From positions 859,193 to 923,192 of the forward strand of contig CAWBZV010000002.1 of the NCBI GenBank assembly GCA_963793305.1: a stretch of 64,000 nucleotides of DNA, given 5' to 3'. The notes beneath the pieces are model-generated. The model did not search any database, was not told the DNA's origin, and worked only from the letters and a program-made list of their open reading frames with translations. Position 1 is the stretch's first letter; every line of letters starts with the position of its first letter. The position numbers were made by a program, and so were the translations under genes. The DNA comes from an uncultured Gemmatimonadales bacterium. Lineage in GTDB: Bacteria > Gemmatimonadota > Gemmatimonadetes > Gemmatimonadales > Gemmatimonadaceae. Positions 63,576 through 64,000 of the stretch are shown piece after piece.

Positions 63576-63949
63576 TTGCGCAAGCTCTCCAGAATCGCCT
63601 GCAACACAGCTCGGTCCGCGCCATGCTCTACGGTGATCGCAACGCCGCCCGGAAGCTCGATGTGAATCGCGCCCGAAGGAACTGATTGCTCACGGCTGGT
63701 GGTCTGCTGCTCTACAAAGCCGGCTGAACCCGTAGCTGCAACAATCACCGGCAACAGAGTTGATGCCCGCTCTCCGGCCTCTACCAGTTCCCCGGCGCGA
63801 TAGGCCCGCCGCCACTGGAACACCTGGTTCGCATTTACGCCCTCGGCCTGCGCCGCCCGCGCCACGCTCTGTCCTGGCTCAAGCGTCAGCTCAACAATCC
63901 GCCGCTTCTCCCCGACAGAACGCCGTACGCGTATCTTGCTCGCTTCCAT
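63572..63949 (-). CDS. tnpA: IS66 TnpA (HTH)
   Basis: EKRRIVE...SVARAA...GVNANQVFQWRR. Confidence 0.9.
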   Translation of the reverse strand: MEASKIRVRRSVGEKRRIVELTLEPGQSVARAAQAEGVNANQVFQWRRAYRAGELVEAGERASTLLPVIVAATGSAGFVEQQTTSREQSVPSGAIHIELPGGVAITVEHGADRAVLQAILESLRK

Positions 63950-64000
63950 GCTTCCATCGTTGCAATGCTGCCAAGCCATGTCGAGGGTGGGAACAGAAGA

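Larger units (their letters stand above)
61473..64000 (-). mobile_element. IS66-family element (other end lies beyond the window)
   Basis: terminal GTAAGCGT at 61473; tnpA-tnpB-tnpC organisation. Confidence 0.93.

Overview
The window looks like a mosaic of sequence from different sources, with frequent single-base indels that are probably long-read or assembly errors. (1) 1 to ~47,620 is a GC-rich chromosome segment, Gemmatimonadota-like by my inference. It runs plsC-eno-ftsB, then tRNA-fMet followed by a 3.3-kb integrase-less islet bounded by a 33-bp att-like repeat. Next is an elongator tRNA-Met carrying a 21.6-kb integrative mobilizable element (10409-32056) with a 43-bp att repeat and arm-type repeats. 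The element backbone is an atypical tyrosine integrase, xis, a MOB_P-type relaxase, MobC, a VirD4 coupling protein, RadC and an ECF sigma factor. Its cargo looks defence-related: a DUF4209/HEPN-like protein, a PIN toxin-antitoxin pair, an OLD-type ATPase-TOPRIM nuclease and a Cap15-like membrane beta-barrel bracketed by 147-bp structured direct repeats, DUF4917, an Ntn-protease-like protein, and a coupled GHKL-ATPase plus tandem-PRTase pair. A toxin-antitoxin cluster and ordinary accessory genes follow. (2) ~48,200-60,300 is a lower-GC, heavily frameshifted segment containing a candidate biosynthetic cluster: methyltransferase, EamA exporter, HemN-like radical SAM and HydE/PylB-like radical SAM. 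(3) ~60,320-64,000 holds a beta-barrel gene fragment and an IS5 element interrupted by an IS66 element. The best candidates for undescribed systems are the GHKL plus double-PRTase cassette and the OLD/Cap15-like cassette flanked by hairpin repeats. No CRISPR array or rRNA was seen.
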